DNA of 64,000 nt, taken from positions 244,094,001 through 244,158,000 of the forward strand of contig OZ024741.1 of NCBI GenBank assembly GCA_964016885.1, given 5' to 3'. A program made the position numbers and the translations under genes. The notes under the pieces are model-generated. The model saw only the letters and a program-made list of their open reading frames with translations, did not search any database and was not told where the DNA came from. The DNA comes from Eledone cirrhosa (Eukaryota). Below, in pieces: positions 1-10,565 of the stretch (positions within the stretch are counted from its first letter, which is position 1; each line of letters opens with the position of its first letter).

Positions 1-250
1 ATTCGCCGCCGGACTTCAGCTTCCTCATTTAGCATGGGCAGCTTTTCTTAAAAATCACACCACACTCAGCAAATGTATGTCTGCACATGTACCAGTAATT
101 ACAGATCGATCCGACCACGGGCGGCCTGCCCACGATCGAAAAGGTAACTCCGCCGGCAAATTCGCATTTTTGTGATTCGTTTCTTCGAAGCACACCATTC
201 GCCGCCGGACTTCAGCTTCCTCATTTAGCATGGGCAGCTTTTCTTGAAAA

Positions 251-446
251 TCACACCACACACAGCAAATGTGTGTCTGCACATTTACCAGTAATTACAG
301 ATCGATCCGACCACGGGCGGCCGGCCCACGATCGAAAAGGTAACTCCGCCGGCAAATCCGCATTTTTGTGATTCGTTTCTTCGAAGCACACCATTCGCCG
401 CCGGACTTCAGCTTCCTCATTTAGCATGGGCAGCTTTTCTTAAAAA
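251..446 (+). repeat. Representative type A (majority) monomer, 196 bp
   Basis: Signature CACGATCGAAAAGGTAACTCCGCCGGCAAATCCGCATTTTTGTGATTCGTTTC. Hand count gives about 50% GC and 15 CpG. Confidence 0.97.
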
Positions 447-642
447 TCACACCACACTCACCAAATGTGTGTCTGCACATGTACCAGTAATTACAGATCG
501 ATCCGACCACGGGCGGCCGGCCCACATTCGAAAAGGTTACTCCGCCTGCAAATCGTCATTTTCGGATTCGTTTTCTTCGAAGCACACCATTCGCCGGCGG
601 ACTTCAGCTGCCTCATTTAACATGGGCAGTTTTTCTTGAAGA
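447..642 (+). repeat. Representative type B monomer, 196 bp (divergent variant)
   Basis: Linked signature CACATTCG, GGTTAC, GCCTGC, CGTCATTTTCGG, GTTTTC, GCCGGCGG, CAGCTGCC, TTTAAC, GAAGATC. Most copies also carry GTACGTAC. Confidence 0.93.
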
Positions 643-842
643 TCACACCACACACCGCCAATGAGTGTTTGCACATGTACCAGTAATTACAGATCGATCC
701 GACTACGGGCGGCCGGCCCACGATCGAGAAAAAGGTAACTCCGCCGGCAAATAGTCATTTTTGTGATTCGTTTTCTTCGAAGCACACCATTCGCCGCCGG
801 ACTTCAGCTTCCTCATTTAGCATGGGCAGCTTTTCTTGAAAA
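643..842 (+). repeat. Representative type C monomer, 200 bp (199 bp in some copies)
   Basis: Signature CCAATGAGTG, extended A-tract GAGAAAAAGG or GAAAAAAAGG (+2/+3 bp), AATAGTCA, GTTTTC (+1 bp). Monomer starts at 643 and 843 are 200 bp apart. Confidence 0.93.
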
Positions 843-3800
843 TCACACCACACACAGAAAATATGTGTTAGCACAGGTACCAGTAATTACAGATCGATCC
901 GACCACGGGCGGCCGGCCCACGATCGAAAAGGTAACTCCGCCGGCAAATCCGCATTTTTGTGATTCGTTTCTTCGAAGCACACCATTCGCCGCCGGACTT
1001 CAGCTTCCTCATTTAGCATGGGCAGCTTTTCTTGAAAATCACACCACACACAGCAAATCTGTGTCTGCACATTTACCAGTAATTACAGATCGATCCGACC
1101 ACGGGCGGCCGGCCCACAATCAAAAAGGTAACTCCGCCGGCAAATTCGCATTTTTGTGATTCGTTTCTTCGAAGCACACCATTCGCTGGTGGACTTCAGC
1201 TTCCTCATTTAGCATGGGCAGCTTTTCTTGAAAATCACACCACACACAGCAAATGTGTGTCTGCACAGGTACCAGTAATTACAGATCGATCCGACCACGG
1301 GCGGCCGGCCCACGATCGAAAAGGTAACTCCGCCGGCAAATCCGCATTTTTGTGATTCGTTTCTGCGAAGCACACCATTCGCCGCCGGACTTCAGCTTCC
1401 TCATTTAGCATGGGCAGCTTTTCTTGAAAATCACACCACACACAGCAAATGTGTGTCTGCACATTTACCAGTAATTACAGATCGATCCGACCACGGGCGG
1501 CCGGCCCACGATCGAAAAGGTAACTCCGCCGGCAAATCCGCATTTTTGTGATTCGTTTCTTCGAAGCACACCATTCGCCGCCGGACTTCAGCTTCCTAAT
1601 TTAGCATGGGCGGTTTTTCTTGAAAATCACACCACACACAGAAATTGTGTGTCTGCACATGTAACAGTACGTACAGATCGATCCGACCACGGGCGGCCGG
1701 CCCACATTCGAAAAGGTTACTCCGCCTGCAAATCGTCATTTTCGGATTCGTTTTCTTCGAAGCACACCATTCGCCGGCGGACTTCAGCTGCCTCATTTAA
1801 CATGGGCAGCTTTTCTTGAAGATCACACCACACACAGCCAATGAGTGTTTGCACATGTACCAGTAATTACAGATCGATCCGACCGCGGGCGGCCGGCCCA
1901 CGATCGAAGAAATGGTAACTCCGCCGGCAAATAGTCATTTTTGTGATTCGTTTTCTTCGAAGCACACCATTCGGCGCCGGACTTCAGCTGCCTCATTTAA
2001 CATGGGCAGTTTTTCTTGAAGATCACACCACACACAGCAAATGTGTGTCTGCACATTTACCAGTAATTACAGATCGATCCGACCACGGGCGGCCGGCCCA
2101 CGATCGAAAAGGTAACTCCGCCGGCAAATTCGCATTTTTGTGATTCGTTTCTTCGAAGCACACCATTCGCTGGTGGACATCAGCTTCCTTATTTAGCATG
2201 GGCAGCTTTTCTTGAAAATCAAACCACACACAGCAAATGTGTGTCTGCACATGTACCAGTAATTACAGATCGATCCGACCACGGGCGGCCGGCCCACGAT
2301 CGAAAAAGTAACTCCGCCGGCAAATACGCATTTTTGTGATTCGTTTCTTCGAAGCACACCATTCGCCGCCGGACTTCAGCTTCCTCATTTAGCATGGGCG
2401 GTTTTTCTTGAAAATCACACCACACACAGCAAATGTGTGTCTGCACATGTACCAGTACGTACAGATCGATCCGACCACGGGCGGCCGGCCCACATTCTAA
2501 AAGGTTACTCCACCTGCAAATCGTCATTTTCGGATTCGTTTTCTTCGAAGCACACCATTCGCCGGCGGCCTTCAGCTGCCTCATTTAACATGGGCAGTTT
2601 TTCTTGAAGATCACACCACACACCGCCAATGAGTGTTTGCACATGTACCAGTAATTACAGATCGATCCGACCACGGGCGGCCGGCCCACGATCGAGAAAA
2701 AGGTAACTCCGCCGGCAAATAGTCATTTTTGTGATTCGTTTTCTTCGAAGCACACCATTCGCCGCCGGACTTCAGCTTCCTCATTTAGCATGGGCAGCTT
2801 TTCTTAAAAATCACACCACACTCAGCAAATGTATGTCTGCACATGTACCAGTAATTACAGATCGATCCGACCACGGGCGGCCTGCCCACGATCGAAAAGG
2901 TAACTCCGCCGGCAAATTCGCATTTTTGTGATTCGTTTCTTCGAAGCACACCATTCGCTGGTGGACATCAGCTTCCTTATTTAGCATGGGCAGCTTTTCT
3001 TGAAAATCAAACCACACACAGCAAATGTGTGTCTGCACATGTACCAGTAATTACAGATCGATCCGACCACGGGCGGCCGGCCCACGATCGAAAAGGTAAC
3101 TCCGCCGGCAAATACGCATTTTTGTGATTCGTTTCTTCGAAGCACACCATTCGACGCCGGACTTCAGCTTCCTCATTTAGCATGGGCGGTTTTTCTTGAA
3201 AATCACACCACACACAGCAAATGTGTGTCTGCACATGTACCAGTAATTACAGATCGATCCGACCACGGGCGGCCGGCCCACATTCGAAAAGGTTACTCCG
3301 CCTGCAAATCGTCATTTTCGGATTCGTTTTCTTCGAAGCACACCATTCGCCGGCGGACTTCAGCTGCCTCATTTAACATGGGCAGTTTTTCTTGAAGATC
3401 ACACCACACACCGCCAATGAGTGTTTGCACATGTACCAGTAATTACAGATCGATCCGACCACGGGCGGCCGGCCCACGATCGAGAAAAAGGTAACTCCGC
3501 CGGCAAATAGTCATTTTTGTGATTCGTTTTCTTCGAAGCACACCATTCGCCGCCGGACTTCAGCTTCCTCATTTAGCATGGGCAGCTTTTCTTGAAAATC
3601 ACACCACACACAGAAAATATGTGTTAGCACAGGTACCAGTAATTACAGATCGATCCGACCACGGGCGGCCGGCCCACGATCGAAAAGGTAACTCCGCCGG
3701 CAAATCCGCATTTTTGTGATTCGTTTCTTCGAAGCACACCATTCGCCGCCGGACTTCAGCTTCCTCATTTAGCATGGGCAGCTTTTCTTGAAAATCATAC

Positions 3801-6800
3801 CACACACAGCAAATCTGTGTCTGCACAATTACCAGTAATTACAGATCGATCCGACCACGGGCGGCCGGCCCACAATCAAAAAGGTAACTCCGCCGGCAAA
3901 TTCGCATTTTTGTGATTCGTTTCTTCGAAGCACACCATTCGCTGGTGGACTTCAGCTTCCTCATTTAGCATGGGCAGCTTTTCGTGAAAATCACACCACA
4001 CACAGCAAATGTGTGTCTGCACAGGTACCAGTAATTACAGATCGATCCGACCACGGGCGGCCGGCCCACGATCGAAAAGGTAACTCCGCCGGCAAATCCG
4101 CATTTTTGTGATTCGTTTCTGCGAAGCACACCATTCGCCGCCGGACTTCAGCTTCCTCATTTAGCATGGGCAGCTTTTCTTGAAAATCACACCACACACA
4201 GCAAATGTGTGTCTGCACATTTACCAGTAATTACATATCGATCCGACCACGGGCGGCCGGCCCACGATCGAAAAGGTAACTCCGCCGGCAAATCCGCATT
4301 TTTGTGATTCTTTTCTTCGAAGCACACCATTCGCCGCCGGACTTCAGCTTCCTAATTTAGCATGGGCGGTTTTTCTTGAAAATCACACCACACACAGAAA
4401 ATGTGTGTCTGCACATGTAACAGTACGTACAGATCGATCCGACCACGGGCGGCCGGCCCACATTCGAAAAGGTTACTCCGCCTGCAAATAGTCATTTTCG
4501 GATTCGTTTTCTTCGAAGCACACCATTCGCCGGCGGACTTCAGCTGCCTCATTTAACATGGGCAGTTTTTCTTGAAGATCACACCACACACAGCAAATGA
4601 GTGTTTGCACATGTACCAGTAATTACAGATCGATCCGACCGCGGGCGGCCGGCCCACGATCGAAAAAAGGTAACTCCGCCGGCAAATAGTCATTTTTGTG
4701 ATTCGTTTTCTTCGAAGCACACCATTCGCCGCCGGACTTCAGCTGCCTCATTTAACATGGGCAGTTTTTCTTGAAGATCACACCACACACAGCAAATCTG
4801 TGTCTGCACAGGTACCAGTAATTACAGATCGATCCGACCACGGGCGGCCGGGCCACGATCGAAAAGGTAACTCCGCCGGCAAATCCGCATTTTTGTGATT
4901 CGTTTCTTCGAAGCACACCATTCGCCGCCGGACTTCAGCTTCCTCATTTAGCATGGGCAGCTTTTCTTGAAAATCACACCACACACTGCAAATGTGTGTC
5001 TGCACATTTACCAGTAATTACAGATCGATCCGACCACGGGCGGCCGGCCCACGATCGAAAAGGTAACTCCGCCGGCAAATTCGCATTTTTGTCATTCGTT
5101 TCTTCGAAGCACACCATTCGATGGTGGACATCAGCTTCCTTATTTAGCATGGGCAGCTTTTCTTGAAAATCAAACCTCACACAGCAAATGTGTGTCCGCA
5201 CATGTACCAGTAATTACAGATCGATCCGACCACGGGCGGCCGGCCCACGATCGAAAAGGTAACTCCGCCGGCAAATACGCATTTTTGTGATTCGTTTCTT
5301 CGAAGCACACCATTCGCCGCCGGACTTCAGCTTCCTCATTTAGCATGGGCGGGTTTTCTTGAAAATCACACCACACACAGCAAATGTGTGTCTGCACATG
5401 TACCAGTACGTACAGATCGATCCGACCACGGGCGGCCGGCCCACATTCGAAAAGGTTACTCCGCCTGCAAATCGTCATTTTCGGATTCGTTTTCTTCGAA
5501 GCACACCATTCGCCGGCGGACTTCAGCTGCCTCATTTAACATGGGCAGTTTTTCTTGAAGATCACACCACACTCAGCAAATGTGTGTCTGCACATGTACC
5601 AGTAATTACAGATCGATCCGCCCACGGGCGGCCGGCCCACGATCGAAAATGTAACTCCGCCGGCAAATTCGCATTTTTGTCATTCGTTTCTTCGAAGCAC
5701 ACCATTCGCTGGTGGACATCAGCTTCCTTATTTAGCATGGGCAGCTTTTCTTGAAGATCACACCACACACCGCCAATGAGTGTCTGCACATGTACCAGTA
5801 ATTACAGATCGATCCGCCCACGGGCGGCCGGCCCACGATCGAGAAAAAGGTAACTCCGCCGGCAAATAGTCATTTTTGAGATTCGTTTTCTTCGAAGCAC
5901 ACCATTCGCCGCCGGACTTCAGCTGCCTCATTTAGCATGGGCAGCTTTTCTTGAAAATCACACCACACACAGCCAATGAGTGTCTGCACATCTACCAGTA
6001 ATTACATATCGATCCGACCACGGGCGGCCGGCCCACAATCAAAAAGGTAACTCCGCCGGCAAATTCGCATTTTTGTGATTCGTTTCTTCGAAGCACACCA
6101 TTCGCTGGTGGACTTCAGCTTCCTCATTTAGCATGGGCAGCTTTTCTTGAAAATCACACCACACACAGCAAATGTGTGTCTGCACATTTACCAGTAATTA
6201 CAGATCGATCCGACCACGGGCGGCCGGCGCACGATCGAAAAGGTAACTCCGCCGGCAAATCCGCATTTTTGTGATTCGTTTCTTCGAAGCACACCATTCG
6301 CCGCCGGACTTCAGCTTCCTAATTTAGCATGGGCGGTTTTTCTTGAAAATCACACCACACACAGAAAATGTGTGTCTGCACATGTAACAGTACGTACAGA
6401 TCGATCCGACCACGGGCGGCCGGCCCACATTCGAAAAGGTTACTCCGCCTGCAAATCGTCATTTTCGGATTCGTTTTCTTCGAAGCACACCATTCGCCGG
6501 CGGACTTCAGCTGCCTCATTTAACATGGGCAGTTTTTCTTGAAGATCACACCACACACAGCCAATGAGAGTTTGCACATGTACCAGTAATTACAGATCGA
6601 TCCGACCGCGGGCGGCCGGCCCACGATCGAAAAAAAGGTAACTCCGCCGGCAAATAGTCATTTTTGTGATTCGTTTTCTTCGAAGCACACCATTCGCCGC
6701 CGGACTTCAGCTGCCTCATTTAACATGGGCAGTTTTTCTTGAAGATCACACCACACACAGCAAATGTGTGTCTGCACAGGTACCAGTAATTACAGATCGA

Positions 6801-8569
6801 TCCGACCACGGGCGGCCGGGCCACGATCGAAAAGGTAACTCCGCCGGCAAATCCGCATTTTTGTGATTCGTTTCTTCGAAGCACACCATTCGCCGCCGGA
6901 CTTCAGCTTCCTCATTTAGTATGGGCAGCTTTTCTTGAAAATCACACCACACACAGCAAATGTGTGTCTGCACATTTACCAGTAATTACAGATCGATCCG
7001 ACCACGGGCGGCCGGCCCACGATCGAAAAGGTAACTCCGCCGGCAAATTCGCATTTTTGTGATTCGTTTCTTCGAAGCACACCATTCGCTGGTGGACTTC
7101 AGCTTCCTCATTTAACATGGGTAGCTTTTCTTGAAAATCACACCACACTCAGCAAATGTGTGTCTGCACATGTACCAGTAATTACAGATCGATCCGCCCA
7201 CGGGCGGCCGGCCCACGATCGAAAATGTAACTCCGCCGGCAAATTCGCATTTTTGTCATTCGTTTCTTCGAAGCACACCATTCGCTGGTGGACATCAGCT
7301 TCCTTATTTAGCATGGGCAGCTTTTCTTGAAGATCACACCACACACCGCCAATGAGTGTCTGCACATGTACCAGTAATTACAGATCGATCCGACCACGGG
7401 CGGCCGGCCCACGATCGAAAAGGTAATTCCGCCGGCAAATCCGCATTTTTGTGATTCGTTTCTTCGAAGCACACCATTCGCCGCCGGACTTCAGCTTCCT
7501 CATTTAGCATGGGCGGTTTTTCTTGAAAATCACACCACACACAGCAAATGTGTGTCTGCACATGTACCAGTACGTACAGATCGATCCGACCACGGGCGGC
7601 CGGCCCACATTCGAAAAGGTTACTCCGCCTGCAAATCGTCATTTTCGGATTCGTTTTCTTCGAAGCACACCATTCGCCGGCGGACTTCAGCTGCCTCATT
7701 TAACATGGGCAGTTTTTCTTGAAGATCACACCACACACCGCCAATGAGTGTTTGCACATGTACCAGTAATTACAGATCGATCCGACCACGGGCGGCCGGC
7801 CCACGATCGAGAAAAAGGTAACTCCGCCGGCAAATAGTCATTTTTGTGATTCGTTTTCTTCGAAGCACACCATTCGCCGCCGGACTTCAGCTTCCTCATT
7901 TAGCATGGGCAGCTTTTCTTGAAAATCACACCACACACAGAAAATATGTGTTAGCACAGGTACCAGTAATTACAGATCGATCCGACCACGGGCGGCCGGC
8001 CCACGATCGAAAAGGTAACTCCGCCGGCAAATCCGCATTTTTGTGATTCGTTTCTTCGAAGCACACCATTCGCCGCCGGACTTCAGCTTCCTCATTTAGC
8101 ATGGGCAGCTTTTCTTGAAAATCATACCACACACAGCAAATCTGTGTCTGCACATTTACCAGTAATTACAGATCGATCCGACCACGGGCGGCCGGCCCAC
8201 AATCAAAAAGGTAACTCCGCCGGCAAATTCGCATTTTTGTGATTCGTTTCTTCGAAGCACACCATTCGCTGGTGGACTTCAGCTTCCTCATTTAGCATGG
8301 GCAGCTTTTCTTGAAAATCACACCACACACAGCAAATGTGTGTCTGCACAGGTACCAGTAATTACAGATCGATCCGACCACGGGCGGCCGGCCCACGATC
8401 GAAAAGGTAACTCCGCCGGCAAATCCGCATTTTTGTGATTCGTTTCTGCGAAGCACACCATTCGCCGCCGGACTTCAGCTTCCTCATTTAGCATGGGCAG
8501 CTTTTCTTGAAAATCACACCACACACAGCAAATGTGTGTCTGCACATTTACCAGTAATTACATATCGAT

Positions 8570-10565
8570 CCGACCACGGGCGGCCGGCCCACGATCGAAA
8601 AGGTAACTCCGCCGGCAAATCCGCATTTTTGTGATTCTTTTCTTCGAAGCACACCATTCGCCGCCGGACTTCAGCTTCCTAATTTAGCATGGGCGGTTTT
8701 TCTTGAAAATCACACCACACACAGAAAATGTGTGTCTGCACATGTAACAGTACGTACAGATCGATCCGACCACGGGCGGCCGGCCCACATTCGAAAAGGT
8801 TACTCCGCCTGCAAATAGTCATTTTCGGATTCGTTTTCTTCGAAGCACACCATTCGCCGGCGGACTTCAGCTGCCTCATTTAACATGGGCAGTTTTTCTT
8901 GAAGATCACACCACACACAGCAAATGAGTGTTTGCACATGTACCAGTAATTACAGATCGATCCGACCGCGGGCGGCCGGCCCACGATCGAAAAAATGTAA
9001 CTCCGCCGGCAAATAGTCATTTTTGTGATTCGTTTTCTTCGAAGCACACCATTCGCCGCCGGACTTCAGCTGCCTCATTTAACATGGGCAGTTTTTCTTG
9101 AAGATCACACCACACACAGCAAATCTGTGTCTGCACAGGTACCAGTAATTACAGATCGATCCGACCACGGGCGGCCGGGCCACGATCGAAAAGGTAACTC
9201 CGCCGGCAAATCCGCATTTTTGTGATTCGTTTCTTCGAAGCACACCATTCGCCGCCGGACTTCAGCTTCCTCATTTAGCATGGGCAGCTTTTCTTGAAAA
9301 TCACACCACACACTGCAAATGTGTGTCTGCACATTTACCAGTAATTACAGATCGATCCGACCACGGGCGGCCGGCCCACGATCGAAAAGGTAACTCCGCC
9401 GGCAAATTCGCATTTTTTGGTATTCGTTTCTTCGAAGCACACCATTCGCTGGTGGACTTCAGCTTCCTCATTTAACATGGGCAGCTTTTCTTGAAAATCA
9501 CACCACACTCAGCAAATGTGTGTCTGCACATGTACCAGTAATTACAGATCGATCCGACCACGGGCGGCCGGCCCACGATCGAAAAGGTAACTCCGCCGGC
9601 AAATCCGCATTTTTGTGATTCTTTTCTTCGAAGCACACCATTCGCCGCCGGACTTCAGCTTCCTAATTTAGCATGGGCGGTTTTTCTTGACAATCACACC
9701 ACACACAGAAAATGTGTGTCTGCACATGTAACAGTACGTACAGATCGATCCGACCACGGGCGGCCGGCCCACATTCGAAAAGGTTACTCCGCCTGCAAAT
9801 AGTCATTTTCGGATTCGTTTTCTTCGAAGCACACCATTCGCCGGCGGACTTCAGCTGCCTCATTTAACATGGGCAGTTTTTCTTGAAGATCACACCACAC
9901 ACAGCAAATGAGTGTTTGCACATGTACCAGTAATTACAGATCGATCCGACCGCGGGCGGCCGGCCCACGATCGAAAAAATGTAACTCCGCCGGCAAATAG
10001 TCATTTTTGTGATTCGTTTTCTTCGAAGCACACCATTCGCCGCCGGACTTCAGCTGCCTCATTTAACATGGGCAGTTTTTCTTGAAGATCACACCACACA
10101 CAGCAAATCTGTGTCTGCACAGGTACCAGTAATTACAGATCGATCCGACCACGGGCGGCCGGGCCACGATCGAAAAGGTAACTCCGCCGGCAAATCCGCA
10201 TTTTTGTGATTCGTTTCTTCGAAGCACACCATTCGCCGCCGGACTTCAGCTTCCTCATTTAGCATGGGCAGCTTTTCTTGAAAATCACACCACACACTGC
10301 AAATGTGTGTCTGCACATTTACCAGTAATTACAGATCGATCCGACCACGGGCGGCCGGCCCACGATCGAAAAGGTAACTCCGCCGGCAAATTCGCATTTT
10401 TTGGTATTCGTTTCTTCGAAGCACACCATTCGCTGGTGGACTTCAGCTTCCTCATTTAACATGGGCAGCTTTTCTTGAAAATCACACCACACTCAGCAAA
10501 TGTGTGTCTGCACATGTACCAGTAATTACAGATCGATCCGACCACGGGCGGCCGGCCCACGATCG
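8570..10565 (+). repeat. Tandem 5-monomer duplication (984 bp x2)
   Basis: ORF pairs 8679/9663, 9025/10009 and 9105/10089. Shared GATTCTTTT, GAAAAAATGT and TTTTTTGGTATT variants. Confidence 0.88.

Larger units (their letters stand above)
55..4700 (+). repeat. Imperfect duplication with 14-monomer offset (2756 bp)
   Basis: Matching ORF variants at 55/2811, 843/3599, 1235/3991 and 1596/4352. Rare GTATGT+CCTGCCC monomer present in both copies. Confidence 0.8.

Noticed and set aside
370-392. tRNA/SINE-derived Pol III B box around TTCGAAGC, or a 5S rDNA unit
   Set aside because: No GTTCGANNC match, no A box, no cloverleaf and no recognisable 5S sequence.
300-405. CENP-B box (TTCG-N4-A-N2-CGGG)
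   Set aside because: TTCG and CGGG both occur, but not with the required order and spacing on either strand.
370-412. Hammerhead ribozyme on the minus strand (CTGAAGT or CTGATGT ... GAAAC), as known from newt, schistosome and cricket satellites
   Set aside because: The core needs CUGANGA and here it is CUGANGU. I could not form stem II or stems I/III around the motifs.
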